From the NCBI GenBank assembly GCA_013286215.1, contig JABDGC010000001.1, positions 92,564 through 156,563 of the forward strand: DNA of 64,000 nt, in the 5' to 3' direction. Numbering within the stretch: the first letter of the stretch is position 1; every line of letters starts with the position of its first letter. Below are positions 15,205 through 24,569 of this stretch, one piece after another. The DNA comes from Gammaproteobacteria bacterium. GTDB lineage: Bacteria; Pseudomonadota; Gammaproteobacteria; DSM-16500. Both the position numbers and the translations under genes were made by a program. Below the pieces are notes generated by a model. It was not told the origin of the DNA. It saw only the letters and a list, made by a program, of their open reading frames with translations, and ran no database searches.

Positions 15205-16372
15205 CCGAAGTCGTTTGTTCCTTAAACAGAGCGCCCATCACTAACCGAAAGCTAATATGCGACATCGGATTGTAAGGATCGACCCCGCGCCGCGCGCTGG
15301 GTCGATAGCTCATGCAAAACTGCGGGTCGCATAAAAAGGAACCACCGCGAATCACCCGTTTGGGCGCGTCAAAAGGCGTGTCCGCGTGTGACGGATCGAA
15401 GCTTACTTCGGGGCCTTGTGGATTGCCGCTCACAGCATTTTTAGCTGCGAGCACAAAAGCATCTGCGCGATACCAGTCAGCCACCCATTGCCAGGCATTC
15501 CCAGCCATATCATAGAGGCCATAGCCATTTGGCGGATAACTTGCCACCGGAACGGTGGCAATTTTCGCTTTGTATTCCGGTTCGACCACGGGAAACTGCT
15601 TTCCGGCAAAGGTCTGGGCCATCGATTTTCCTTGAGGCTGGTATTCATTTCCCCAGACATAATCCGCTTGCTCCAGACCGCCACGCGCAGCAAATTCCCA
15701 TTCAGCCTCTGTTGGCAAGCGTTTCCCAACCCATTGAGCATAGGCCTGTGCGTCCACATAGGAAACCTGCACTACGGGATAGTTTTCTTTGCCTTGGAGG
15801 TCGCTGCCCGGTCCCTGGGGATGACGCCAGTTAGCTCCGGGCACAAATTTCCACCAGCGGGCGGCATTATCCAGTGGCACGGGCTTGGCAGTGCCAACAA
15901 AGACCATGGCCCCGGCCAGCAGTTTTTTTTCCGGCGGTCTGGGCGTGCCGGGTGGGAGCTGGACTTTGAGTGTTTCCCAGTCTGGTTTTTGTTCCGCGGT
16001 GGTGACGTAGCCGGTGGCTTTCACGAAGGCTGCGAATTGTGCATTGGTGACATCGGTTTGGTCCATCCAAAATCCATCGACCTTGACGCGATGAGCCGGC
16101 TTTTCATTGTTTCTGGCCAGACGGCTCGAGCTGCCCATGAGAAACTCTCCGCCGGGGATCCAGGCCATGCCTTGGGGGCCGGTGACGCCGTCGCCGATCA
16201 CGGGGTGGAAAGGCTGCGGATGTCTATGGAGCAGGAGAACGGTTAAGAGGAGGAGAGAGAGGAGGAAAATGAGCGTAACAATTTTTGCCTGCCAGCCTAA
16301 TGCATTCATTTCCATAGCCAATACGGTCTCCGTTCTAGCGCTTTTCAAAAGGAAAAATGAACTTCCAGTCAT
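15170..16372 (-). CDS. formylglycine-generating enzyme (FGE/SUMF1 family sulfatase maturase) with an N-terminal membrane anchor
   Basis: Motifs MAWIPGGEFLMGS, RLPTEAEWEFAARGG, YDMAGNAWQWVADWY, RVIRGGSF and a C-terminal SFRLV. A TM helix (IVTLIFLLSLLLLTVLLL) sits near the N-terminus. The last ~20 codons read into the pseudogene remnant. Confidence 0.9.
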   Translation of the reverse strand: MTGSSFFLLKSARTETVLAMEMNALGWQAKIVTLIFLLSLLLLTVLLLHRHPQPFHPVIGDGVTGPQGMAWIPGGEFLMGSSSRLARNNEKPAHRVKVDGFWMDQTDVTNAQFAAFVKATGYVTTAEQKPDWETLKVQLPPGTPRPPEKKLLAGAMVFVGTAKPVPLDNAARWWKFVPGANWRHPQGPGSDLQGKENYPVVQVSYVDAQAYAQWVGKRLPTEAEWEFAARGGLEQADYVWGNEYQPQGKSMAQTFAGKQFPVVEPEYKAKIATVPVASYPPNGYGLYDMAGNAWQWVADWYRADAFVLAAKNAVSGNPQGPEVSFDPSHADTPFDAPKRVIRGGSFLCDPQFCMSYRPSARRGVDPYNPMSHISFRLVMGALFKEQTTSVTRTKQLSSLS

Positions 16373-16386
16373 TGCCTTAATTGATG

Positions 16387-18000
16387 TTATTCCCCTTCCC
16401 GAGATCGTATCGCTTTGATAATTTGCTCTTTGACACTATTCAGGTTAAAGGTGGCCGGTGTCTGCATCGGCGGATAGTCAATAAAGGATTTGCCTAGCTC
16501 CCACACTTCCTGCTGCACGAAGGTGAAGCGCCAAAACTCATGCGCGAAAAAGTCCATGCCATAGCCCATCGCTTGGGTGGTCGTGCGTTCAAAGGGGTCC
16601 AGACGGAGATTGACGATCAGCGGCCAGTCCAATTTGACGGTACCGCCAAGCCAGCCTTTGGGTTGCATGGTGAAGATATATTTGTAATCGTCGATGCGGA
16701 TGGCGCCCAGGACGCTTTCCGTGAAATACAAAATTTCATGTCGCAGCGAGGGACCCTTGCCGGTGAGCAGCTTGCTTTGGTCATAGCCGTCCAGGTGGAC
16801 TTTATAGGTGCTGCCACCGAGCTGTTTGCCTTTAAGCAAGTCCTGTTTGATCGTGGGATTGCCGGCGAAGGAGACCAGGGTTGGGAACCAGTCCAGGCCG
16901 GACATCAGGCCGTTTTCAATTTTCCCGGCGGGTACCTTGCCCGGCCATTTAATAATAACTGGAACGCGCATGCCGCCTTCCAGTGCCATGCCTTTTTCAC
17001 CGGCGAAGGGTGTCATGCCGCCGTCTGGCCAGCTCATGATTTCAGCGCCATTGTCGGTAGTGAAGATGACAATGGTATTGTTTTCGATGCCCATCTCTTT
17101 AATTTTCTTCAAAACATCGCCGACCAGATCGTCTAACTGCGCCATGCCGGCTTCTTCCGTATACCAACCATTTTGCGCATTCATCAGCTTTTTATATTTA
17201 TCAGACAAGTGGGTGAAGATATGCATGCGCGTTGGATTAAGCCAGATAAAGAAGGGCTTGCCGTCCGTCTGGGCCTTTTCCATGAATTTAAAGGTGTTGT
17301 CGAGAATTTCATTATCCACTGTTTCCATGCGCTCCGGTGGCAATGGGCCTTCATCTTTTAGCTTTTGCTTACCAATTTTGCCCCAGCGAGCTTCCAGGGT
17401 GGCGTCGTCGCTGTTGCTGGCCCAGCAGTGAATCATGTTGCGCGGGCCGACGCGGTCTTTCAGTTCCGGTGGGTAGGAGTGCCAGTAGGGGTCTTCCATG
17501 GCGTCGAGGTGATAGAGGTAGCCGTAGAATTCGTCGAAGCCATGGACACAGGGCAGGTATTTGTTGAGGTCGCCCAAATGGTTTTTGCCGAACTGTCCGG
17601 TTTCATAGCCCATGGCCTTGAGTGCTGTGGCGATGGTCGGTGCTTGCGCCGGCATACCGATATCGGCACCGGCCTGGCCTACGGTCGTTAAGCCTGTGCG
17701 AACCGGTAGCTCACCCGTGATGAAATTGGCGCGTCCGGCGGTGCAGCTGGGCTCGGCGTAATAATCGGTTAGGCGCATGCCCTCGGCGGCCAGTTGGTCG
17801 AGATGCGGTGTTTTGACAGCCATGATCCCCTGATTGTAGGCCCCGATATTGAACCAGCCGACGTCGTCGCCCATGATGACGATGATATTGGGCTGGGTTG
17901 AGGCGGCAGGCTTGGGGGCTGCTTTGACGGCGATTCCAGTGGAGATGAGGGTTGCTAAGCTAATAACGCTAATCAAGGTAAGCTTGGAACGCTGCGACAT
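16387..18000 (-). CDS. secreted type-I (formylglycine-dependent) arylsulfatase
   Basis: Motifs NIIVIMGDDVGW, the FGly motif SCTAGRANFITG (C-T-A-G-R encoded at 17731..17745), GKNHLGD and FTTDNGAE. Signal peptide MSQRSKLTLISVISLATLISTGIAVKA. The start at 18000 is preferred because aggatgg lies upstream; the ORF could extend to 18024. Confidence 0.9.
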   Translation of the reverse strand: MSQRSKLTLISVISLATLISTGIAVKAAPKPAASTQPNIIVIMGDDVGWFNIGAYNQGIMAVKTPHLDQLAAEGMRLTDYYAEPSCTAGRANFITGELPVRTGLTTVGQAGADIGMPAQAPTIATALKAMGYETGQFGKNHLGDLNKYLPCVHGFDEFYGYLYHLDAMEDPYWHSYPPELKDRVGPRNMIHCWASNSDDATLEARWGKIGKQKLKDEGPLPPERMETVDNEILDNTFKFMEKAQTDGKPFFIWLNPTRMHIFTHLSDKYKKLMNAQNGWYTEEAGMAQLDDLVGDVLKKIKEMGIENNTIVIFTTDNGAEIMSWPDGGMTPFAGEKGMALEGGMRVPVIIKWPGKVPAGKIENGLMSGLDWFPTLVSFAGNPTIKQDLLKGKQLGGSTYKVHLDGYDQSKLLTGKGPSLRHEILYFTESVLGAIRIDDYKYIFTMQPKGWLGGTVKLDWPLIVNLRLDPFERTTTQAMGYGMDFFAHEFWRFTFVQQEVWELGKSFIDYPPMQTPATFNLNSVKEQIIKAIRSREGE

Positions 18001-18117
18001 AATGATTCCATCCTTGTTAATCATTGTGGCTGAGCTTCGATTATAACTGAAAAGGGGTCAACTGTGGAGGATTTGGGAGGCGTAAAATAAAGTTGCCTTT
18101 TCAGCAGCAATGCAAGA

Positions 18118-18723
18118 CTAAAGCGCGACTTGTCCCGGCGGGCTAAAACGGACATAGAGTGGATTCAGGGATTGCAGAGTCACTAGCGTGGTTCCGGGAG
18201 CAATGTACTGCCCCAGGCTAACCCGGCAGATGCCGGCCTTGCTGTCAAAGGGAGCGGTGATGGTTTTCCGCTTGATATAAGCTTGAACTTCCTCAATACC
18301 GGCCTGGACTTGCTGGAGCTGAGCCAGGCTGGTCTCGTATTGCGAGTGTGAAGCCACGTTTTTCTCGCGCAATTTATTGTCGCGTTCATAAGTAAGCTGC
18401 GCCAACTTTAATTGAGCCTGCAGATCCTTTAATTGTGCTTCTTCAACAGTTGTGTCCAGCAGAATCAGGATATCTCCCTGCTTGACCTGCTGCCCGGAAG
18501 TGAAACGGATTTCCTTAACGATGCCTGCGGCCTCAGAGCTGAGATCAATACCGTTGACCGCACTGCGTTTGTCGATCGTGGTAAGAGGGGGGCTCCAGGT
18601 CTTGGCCTGAGTGGTGGAAAGAGTGATAACCGGTGGCTGGTAATAGACCAGGTAAAGAGGGAAAAAAAGCGTGCCGGAAACAATTATAACAACAATGAGC
18701 CTGCGGCGCAGAGTGTTATTCAT
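18118..18723 (-). pseudogene. truncated efflux membrane-fusion (HlyD/RND adaptor family) gene; only the N-terminal ~200 codons remain
   Basis: It has a TM anchor, the biotinyl-lipoyl-like segment (EAAGIVKEIRFTSGQQVKQGDILILLD), a coiled-coil hairpin and ITAPFD...LNPLYVRF, then stops. Full-length adaptors are ~350-400 aa and sit next to a pump gene. Only 93 nt separate this ORF from the sulfatase gene. Confidence 0.6.
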
Positions 18724-18745
18724 GGTGGCTTTCTCCTGTTACTCT

Positions 18746-20098
18746 CTACAGATCATGATTAATCACCAAAAAGATTGCTCCTGCTCCGCGTAGGACATTA
18801 AGGAGAAGCGTATGCTCTGCTTTCGCAGCAACCGCCTTGAGTTGATCAATCGTCGCTACTTTCTCTTGGTTGGCGGAGATAATGACATCGCCGGGGCGCA
18901 GGTCGGCTTGCCAGGCATTGCTTTCCGGATCAATGCCCAGTACCAGAATGCCTTGCACATTTCCATGCAGCGGGCTCACTTCTTTGTAATTTTTAAGTTC
19001 AATGCCATAGAGAAAGGGATCCCGCAGCTGGATAGACTCAGCGCGTTTCTTGGGATCCAGGAGGCTCGCCGTTACCGTCAGCGGTTTATTATCGCGAATG
19101 ATATTTAAGGTTACTTTGGAATTAACACGCAGGAACCCGACGGTGTTGATGACGTCGCTGGCGTTTTTAATATCGCTGCCGTTTACGCCGGTAATAATAT
19201 CATTGATATGCAAACCCGCTTGCTCAGCAGGTGAATCTGGCTGGAGCATGGTGATCGCAGCGCCTTGTGTGGCGGTGGTATGGAAGGCGTCCGCTAAATC
19301 CGGTGTTAAATCTTGGGTGACGATACCGAGCACGCCGCGTTGCACATCGCCGTATTGAATCAGTTGGTCCATGATGCTTTTGGCCATGTTCGAGGGAATG
19401 GCAAAGCCAATGCCGATGCTGCCGCGGTTGGGAGCCAAGATGGCGGTGTTGAGGCCGACTAATTCACCCTGCATATTGACCAGGGCGCCGCCGGAGTTGC
19501 CGGGATTAATCGGGGCATCCGTTTGAATAAAGTTTTCATAATTCTCGATGCCGAGCGTGGTTCGGCCCAGGGCGCTCACAATGCCTGCCGTCACGGTTTG
19601 GCTTAACCCAAAGGGATTGCCAATGGCGGCAACCACGTCGCCGACTTTAAGTTTATTCGAGTCGGCAATGGGAATGGCAGTCAGGTTCTTGGCCTTGATC
19701 TGGATTAGGGCGATGTCGGAAGGTTTGTCGATGCCAATGGCTTTTGCCGCGTAATGGCGTCCATCACCCAGGGTGACGGTAATGGTTTGTGCGTCATTGA
19801 TTACATGGGCGTTCGTCAAGATGTAGCCTTTGTCTGCATTGACAAGCACGCCGGAAGCCACGGACATTACTTTATCGGTGGGGGGCGAGTTTTCTCCGCT
19901 TTTCTCTCGTTGCTTTTCCATTTCCCGTAGCACGGCGTAGTCCGTGACTTTAATCTGTGCTTTGATATTGACGATGGCTGGCAAGACTTTTTGCAGCATG
20001 GGGGCAATGCTGGTATCCATGGGGATGCTGGCCAGAGCGGAACTCATGAGGACGAGAGTGGCAAGCCATATAGAAATCAGGTGAATGAATTTTTTCAT
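18746..20098 (-). CDS. degP: periplasmic serine endoprotease DegP/DegQ (HtrA family), two PDZ domains
   Basis: 450 aa with a signal peptide. Catalytic-triad contexts are LTNAHVI, SDIALIQ and GNSGGALVN. Confidence 0.92.
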   Translation of the reverse strand: MKKFIHLISIWLATLVLMSSALASIPMDTSIAPMLQKVLPAIVNIKAQIKVTDYAVLREMEKQREKSGENSPPTDKVMSVASGVLVNADKGYILTNAHVINDAQTITVTLGDGRHYAAKAIGIDKPSDIALIQIKAKNLTAIPIADSNKLKVGDVVAAIGNPFGLSQTVTAGIVSALGRTTLGIENYENFIQTDAPINPGNSGGALVNMQGELVGLNTAILAPNRGSIGIGFAIPSNMAKSIMDQLIQYGDVQRGVLGIVTQDLTPDLADAFHTTATQGAAITMLQPDSPAEQAGLHINDIITGVNGSDIKNASDVINTVGFLRVNSKVTLNIIRDNKPLTVTASLLDPKKRAESIQLRDPFLYGIELKNYKEVSPLHGNVQGILVLGIDPESNAWQADLRPGDVIISANQEKVATIDQLKAVAAKAEHTLLLNVLRGAGAIFLVINHDL

Positions 20099-20191
20099 CT
20101 AGCCGTTCCTTCTTATGGTTAATTTTCGAGGTGATATCTTAAATTATGGAGAAATAAGGTAAATATGACAAGCTATTCTTTATACGCTCTA

Positions 20192-21166
20192 CTAGGTCCG
20201 ATTATGTAAAATACTATCGTCACGTAGCGCGGCCAAGAGTTCCTGAAAATCGTCAGGCAGTTCGACTTTCCAGGCCATTTCCGTTTGGGTCACAGGATGA
20301 AGCAAGCCTAATTCATCAGCATGTAAAGCCTGATGTTTAAATTGTCGTAAGCTCTGCGTCAGGTTCGGTGTGGCGCCCTTGGGTAGGCGCAGACGTTCAC
20401 CATAGGTGGCGTCACCGATGATAGGATGTTGAATATAAGCCATGTGTACGCGGATTTGATGCGTTCGTCCGGTTTCCAGACGCACCTTGAGACGGGTGTG
20501 CGCGCGAAATTTTTCCAGGACGCGATAATGCGTGATGGCAGGACGGCCCGTTTCGATGACGGCCATGCGTTTGCGCTGAAGCGGGTGGCGCGCCATGGGT
20601 GCATCGACCGTGCCGCCGCTAATCAGCGTGCCGCTGACGATGGTTTGGTATTCACGGCGGATGCTGCGGGCCTTTAATTGCTTGTTCAGATGGTTGTAGG
20701 CAACCTGCGTTTTAGCGATGATCAGCAAACCGGAGGTGTCTTTGTCGAGGCGATGAATCAGGCCGGCGCGTGGCAAGGCTTCTAATTCCGGGTTGTGATG
20801 GAGCAGGGCATTGACCAGGGTGTGATCGGGATTGCCGCTGCCGGGGTGCACAATCAGGCCAATGGGTTTATTAACGACCAGCAGGGCTTCATCTTCAAAA
20901 ACAATATTTAAGGGCAGAGGCTGCGCCGCCCATTCGGTTTTGGGTTCCAGTTGGGCTTCGATTAGGACCGTTTCTCCACCGGAGACCAGGGTCTTGGGTT
21001 TGACTATTTTATGGTTAAGCAGGGCTTCCCCGGATTTAATCCATTTTTGAATTAAAACGCGCGAGTACTCCGGCAGCAGCTTGACCAATACTTGATCAAA
21101 TCGCTGGCCGCTCGCCTCTTCGGGAATCTGCAGGCGCTGTTGAATTTTTTTAATCATCGTTTTCAT
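20192..21166 (-). CDS. rluD: 23S rRNA pseudouridine synthase RluD
   Basis: S4 domain (GQRFDQVLVKLLPEYSRVLIQKWI) and the catalytic motif HRLDKDTSGLL. The start is ambiguous (21214, 21166 or 21157). Alignment by eye to the E. coli N-terminus favours the shorter forms. Confidence 0.9.
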   Translation of the reverse strand: MKTMIKKIQQRLQIPEEASGQRFDQVLVKLLPEYSRVLIQKWIKSGEALLNHKIVKPKTLVSGGETVLIEAQLEPKTEWAAQPLPLNIVFEDEALLVVNKPIGLIVHPGSGNPDHTLVNALLHHNPELEALPRAGLIHRLDKDTSGLLIIAKTQVAYNHLNKQLKARSIRREYQTIVSGTLISGGTVDAPMARHPLQRKRMAVIETGRPAITHYRVLEKFRAHTRLKVRLETGRTHQIRVHMAYIQHPIIGDATYGERLRLPKGATPNLTQSLRQFKHQALHADELGLLHPVTQTEMAWKVELPDDFQELLAALRDDSILHNRT

Positions 21167-21274
21167 TGCGTGAATGATGACAGATTTTTGTTTACAATGC
21201 ACGGCGGCTTTCATAATTCATCATCGCAAGCTGACGGTTTTGTTCAAAAACGATATAGATAGAAGGTAGCTCAT

Positions 21275-22042
21275 ATGTTAAACACCATGCTAACACTTTT
21301 TTTGCTGGGAATGACCCTGATTTTGTCCGCCTGCGCCACCAAGACGGGCCCGGCCGAGGCCTATAAAGGGGAGACGCCCAAGCAGATTTTCCAGGCCGGC
21401 GAGCTGGATATGCAAAAAGGCGATTATTCAGAGGCGATCAAGCGTTTTGAAGCGCTGGATGTGCAATACCCTTTAGAGCGTGAAACAGAGCTTGCCGAGG
21501 TACAGCTGGTTTATGCTTATTACCGCAAAGAGGAATACCCCATGGCGGTTGCAGCGGCGGACCGCTTTACCCGCTTGCATCCCATGAGTCAGTATACGGA
21601 TTACGTCTATTTTATTCAGGGTCTTTCAGAGTTCTACCAAAATCAGGGCGTCCTGGACCGAGCGTTTTCAGTGGATTTAGCCAAGCGCGATTTGGTTCCT
21701 ATGAAAAAGGCTTTTTTTGATTTCTCCGCCATTGTCGATCGCTTTCCCAACGGCCGTTATGCGCCAGTCGCCTATCAGTACATGATTTACTTGCGCAATA
21801 TCATGGCCAAGCATCAGGTGCAATTAGCGCAGTTCTACTATGACCGCAAAGCTTTTGTCGCTGCCGTTAACCGCGCCAACGGCGTGCTGCAGCACTACGA
21901 AGGTTCGCCCTCAGTGCCGCCGGCCTTAGTGGTGATGGTGAAGTCTTACCGTGAGCTGGGTTTGAAGCGAGAAGAAACTGATACGATGGCCTTGCTGCAA
22001 TACAATTATCCCAATTCATCCTATGTGAGAGAAGCGAGATAA
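21275..22042 (+). CDS. bamD: outer membrane protein assembly factor BamD (YfiO)
   Basis: 255 aa with the lipobox LILSAC and a TPR-like helical repeat pattern. It is divergent from rluD, the usual rluD/bamD arrangement. Confidence 0.85.
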   Translation: MLNTMLTLFLLGMTLILSACATKTGPAEAYKGETPKQIFQAGELDMQKGDYSEAIKRFEALDVQYPLERETELAEVQLVYAYYRKEEYPMAVAAADRFTRLHPMSQYTDYVYFIQGLSEFYQNQGVLDRAFSVDLAKRDLVPMKKAFFDFSAIVDRFPNGRYAPVAYQYMIYLRNIMAKHQVQLAQFYYDRKAFVAAVNRANGVLQHYEGSPSVPPALVVMVKSYRELGLKREETDTMALLQYNYPNSSYVREAR

Positions 22043-22099
22043 CTTGTTAAAAAGCCTTCTCTAATGCCCAAAGGCGTTTCAGAGGTAATTGGGAAGCGT

Positions 22100-23722
22100 T
22101 TACCCTTTAAATCCAGAGGTGATCGGGAAGCGTCGATCCTTGCCGAAGGACTTGTAATTCAGTCGTACCCCGATGGGCGCTTGTCTTCTCTTATATTCAC
22201 TGCGCGCAATCAGTCGGATGATTTTTTCCACTGTCTCTTTTTCGAAGCCAAGCGCGATGATTTCCTCGAGACCTTTTTCCTGGTTCAAATAAAGATCTAG
22301 AATTTTATCCAAAATAGAGTAGGGCGGTAGGCTATCTTCGTCCTTCTGGTTGGGCGCCAATTCAGCTGTGGGCGCGCGCGTGAGCGTGCTCTCGGGGATG
22401 GCCGGGGAAAGTTGATTGCGGTAGCGAGCCAGTTGATAGACCCGCGTTTTAGGCAGGTCCTTGAGAACGTCGAAGCCGCCGGCCATATCGCCATAAATCG
22501 TGGCATAGCCGACGGCCAGTTCGCTGCGGTTGCCCGTCGTTAATACGATGCGACCGCTTTTATTGGACAAGGCCATCAACAGGACGCCGCGACAGCGGGA
22601 CTGCAGATTTTCCTCGGTCACGTCCGCGTTTTTGCCGGTAAAGGCCGGAGCCAGAGAGCTGAGGAAACTTTTATAGACGGTCTCAATGTCGATGGTTTGC
22701 ATTTCGACGCCTAGATTTTGCGTTACGCGCTGTGCGTCTTCTTTACTGAGATCAGCCGTATAGCGCGAGGGCATACAGACTGCGCCAACACGTTTTGGCC
22801 CTAAGGCGTCAACGGCCAGGGCCAGGGCTAGGGCGGAATCGATGCCGCCGGAAACGCCGAGAAGGACACCGGGAAAACGGTTTTTTTCCACGTAATCACG
22901 CAGGCCTAAAACCAGGGTCTTATATAATTTCTCATCTTCATTGGGCAGTTGAAAGGGAAGATAGTCGACCTTGGTTTCCGTGCTGCTAATGTCAAAATCC
23001 ACGGGATGCAAAACTTCGCTGTAGAAGCCGGCTATTTGACGCAGGCGGCCGCTTTCATCCACTACCATGGAGCCGCCGTCAAAAACCAGCTCATCCTGGC
23101 CACCGACTTGGTTGGCGTAGACGATCGGTAAACGATTGAGCTTGGCCCGCTTCGCGAGAACGGCAACCCGCCGCTCATGCTTGTCGCTTTCAAAGGGAGA
23201 GGCATTGGGCGATATAATGAGTCGTGCGCCCTGGGTGGCGGCTTGCTGCGCCGGGCCGGGCTGCCACAGGTCTTCACAGATGACGAAGCCAACGGGAATG
23301 CCGCGCACAGGTAAAACGCAGCTGGCATTGCCGGGGATAAAATAACGGTATTCGTCAAAGACGTCGTAGTTCGGCAAATGTTGCTTGGCGTAGCGGCCCA
23401 GGATAGTACCGTTGTAAATCAGTGAACAGGCGTTGAGCAAGCCGGCTTCAGTCGCGTGCGGATGGCCGACGACGCAATAAATATCCGGGACGGCATCTTT
23501 GAGTTGCTGCAGGCTGTGGTGAGCGGCGTCGATAAAGCTTTTTCGCAGCAACCAATCTTCGGGTGGATAGCCGGTGAGACTCAGTTCCGGGAAGACGATC
23601 AGGTCGGCTTGATATTGATCGCGGGCTGTTTTCGCTGCTTGAATGTGTTTTTGTAAATTGCCCGCGAGATCACCGACGAGGAGATTCAGTTGTGCGATAA
23701 CAACGCGTAATTTTTTGGCCAT
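22100..23722 (-). CDS. nadE: glutamine-dependent NAD+ synthetase NadE
   Basis: 540 aa. An N-terminal CN-hydrolase domain (FPELSLTGYPPED, VICEDLW) is joined to a synthetase domain with the SGGIDS PP-loop. Confidence 0.92.
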   Translation of the reverse strand: MAKKLRVVIAQLNLLVGDLAGNLQKHIQAAKTARDQYQADLIVFPELSLTGYPPEDWLLRKSFIDAAHHSLQQLKDAVPDIYCVVGHPHATEAGLLNACSLIYNGTILGRYAKQHLPNYDVFDEYRYFIPGNASCVLPVRGIPVGFVICEDLWQPGPAQQAATQGARLIISPNASPFESDKHERRVAVLAKRAKLNRLPIVYANQVGGQDELVFDGGSMVVDESGRLRQIAGFYSEVLHPVDFDISSTETKVDYLPFQLPNEDEKLYKTLVLGLRDYVEKNRFPGVLLGVSGGIDSALALALAVDALGPKRVGAVCMPSRYTADLSKEDAQRVTQNLGVEMQTIDIETVYKSFLSSLAPAFTGKNADVTEENLQSRCRGVLLMALSNKSGRIVLTTGNRSELAVGYATIYGDMAGGFDVLKDLPKTRVYQLARYRNQLSPAIPESTLTRAPTAELAPNQKDEDSLPPYSILDKILDLYLNQEKGLEEIIALGFEKETVEKIIRLIARSEYKRRQAPIGVRLNYKSFGKDRRFPITSGFKG

Positions 23723-23723
23723 T

Positions 23724-24488
23724 TTAATTTAACCATTCCCAGGTTTCGATTTGCTCCGGATCCAGTTGCAAGGCCTTGGTCCGGTTGCTCTCCTGCGTGA
23801 GGACGAGGAGTTGATATAAATTATAACCCACCTGGCGGTAATCGACGATAAAGCCTGCTGGGCTTCTGCCCGCCGGTGAGACAAGCAAGAGCTCGGCGCC
23901 GGGACGGGGTAGGGCTGGTGTCTGCAGGGTGGCGCGATAAAGATGGTTTTTTAATTTTCCCTTATAGTGCATGCGGGCAATGATTTCCTGGCCGGTATAG
24001 CAGCCTTTGTCCCAGCTCAGTCCTTGAAGTTCATGGAGCTTCAGTTCGTGGGGCAGAAACAGAGCGCTGGTTTCGGGATAAACCTGCGGAATGCCTTGGG
24101 AAAGATCGAAATAGCGCCATTCCGCGGCGGCTTGTTCCATCAGTGCAGTCGGTGAATTTTCGCTGGCATTGCTGAGTTCCAGTTTGAAGAAGGGCGCATA
24201 TTTCTTTAATGAGAGCAGCGCGGAGGAGACTATTTCTCGTGGTAAAACAAGATAATAGGCCGACTGAAAAAGGAAAATACGAAAGAGAAACAGCACACGC
24301 CCTTGCGGATTGCAGTGAGCGCCCAGGCGGCTTTGAGTTTCACTGACCTCTTCCAGGTTGCAGGTCAGCTGTCCTTGCAGGAATTTCTTAGCTTCGGGCC
24401 CACTAATTTTTACCAGACCAAAGCCGCCCGCATGAGGAAGTTCAGCGGCAGATCCGGGCTCCAGCGTTGGTCGCTCTTGGTTGGGCAT
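23724..24488 (-). CDS. ygfZ: folate-binding Fe-S cluster repair / tRNA-modification protein YgfZ family (short form)
   Basis: KGCYTGQEIIARMHYKG signature and a GcvT-like N-terminal region. At 254 aa it is shorter than the E. coli protein. Confidence 0.75.
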   Translation of the reverse strand: MPNQERPTLEPGSAAELPHAGGFGLVKISGPEAKKFLQGQLTCNLEEVSETQSRLGAHCNPQGRVLFLFRIFLFQSAYYLVLPREIVSSALLSLKKYAPFFKLELSNASENSPTALMEQAAAEWRYFDLSQGIPQVYPETSALFLPHELKLHELQGLSWDKGCYTGQEIIARMHYKGKLKNHLYRATLQTPALPRPGAELLLVSPAGRSPAGFIVDYRQVGYNLYQLLVLTQESNRTKALQLDPEQIETWEWLN

Positions 24489-24569
24489 GTTATAAACATT
24501 GCTTTTAAAGGCTTTAAAGATAACATAGGCGGTTTGGCGGCGCTATTATTATCTTGAGGACTTGCCCTG

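Noticed and set aside
15416-17431. Long plus-strand ORFs (15416..16246 at 276 aa, 16540..17136 at 198 aa, 16808..17431 at 207 aa) antisense to the FGE and sulfatase genes
   Set aside because: The opposite strand encodes proteins with unmistakable FGE and sulfatase motifs. These ORFs are Arg/Gly/Pro-rich shadow frames with no motifs, no SD and no signal sequences.
17731-17745. C-T-A-G-R instead of the textbook C-x-P-x-R in the sulfatase active-site motif
   Set aside because: The accepted consensus for type-I sulfatases is (C/S)-x-(P/A)-x-R, so Ala at this position is a known variant. An FGE is encoded next door, so this is not evidence of an inactive or novel enzyme.
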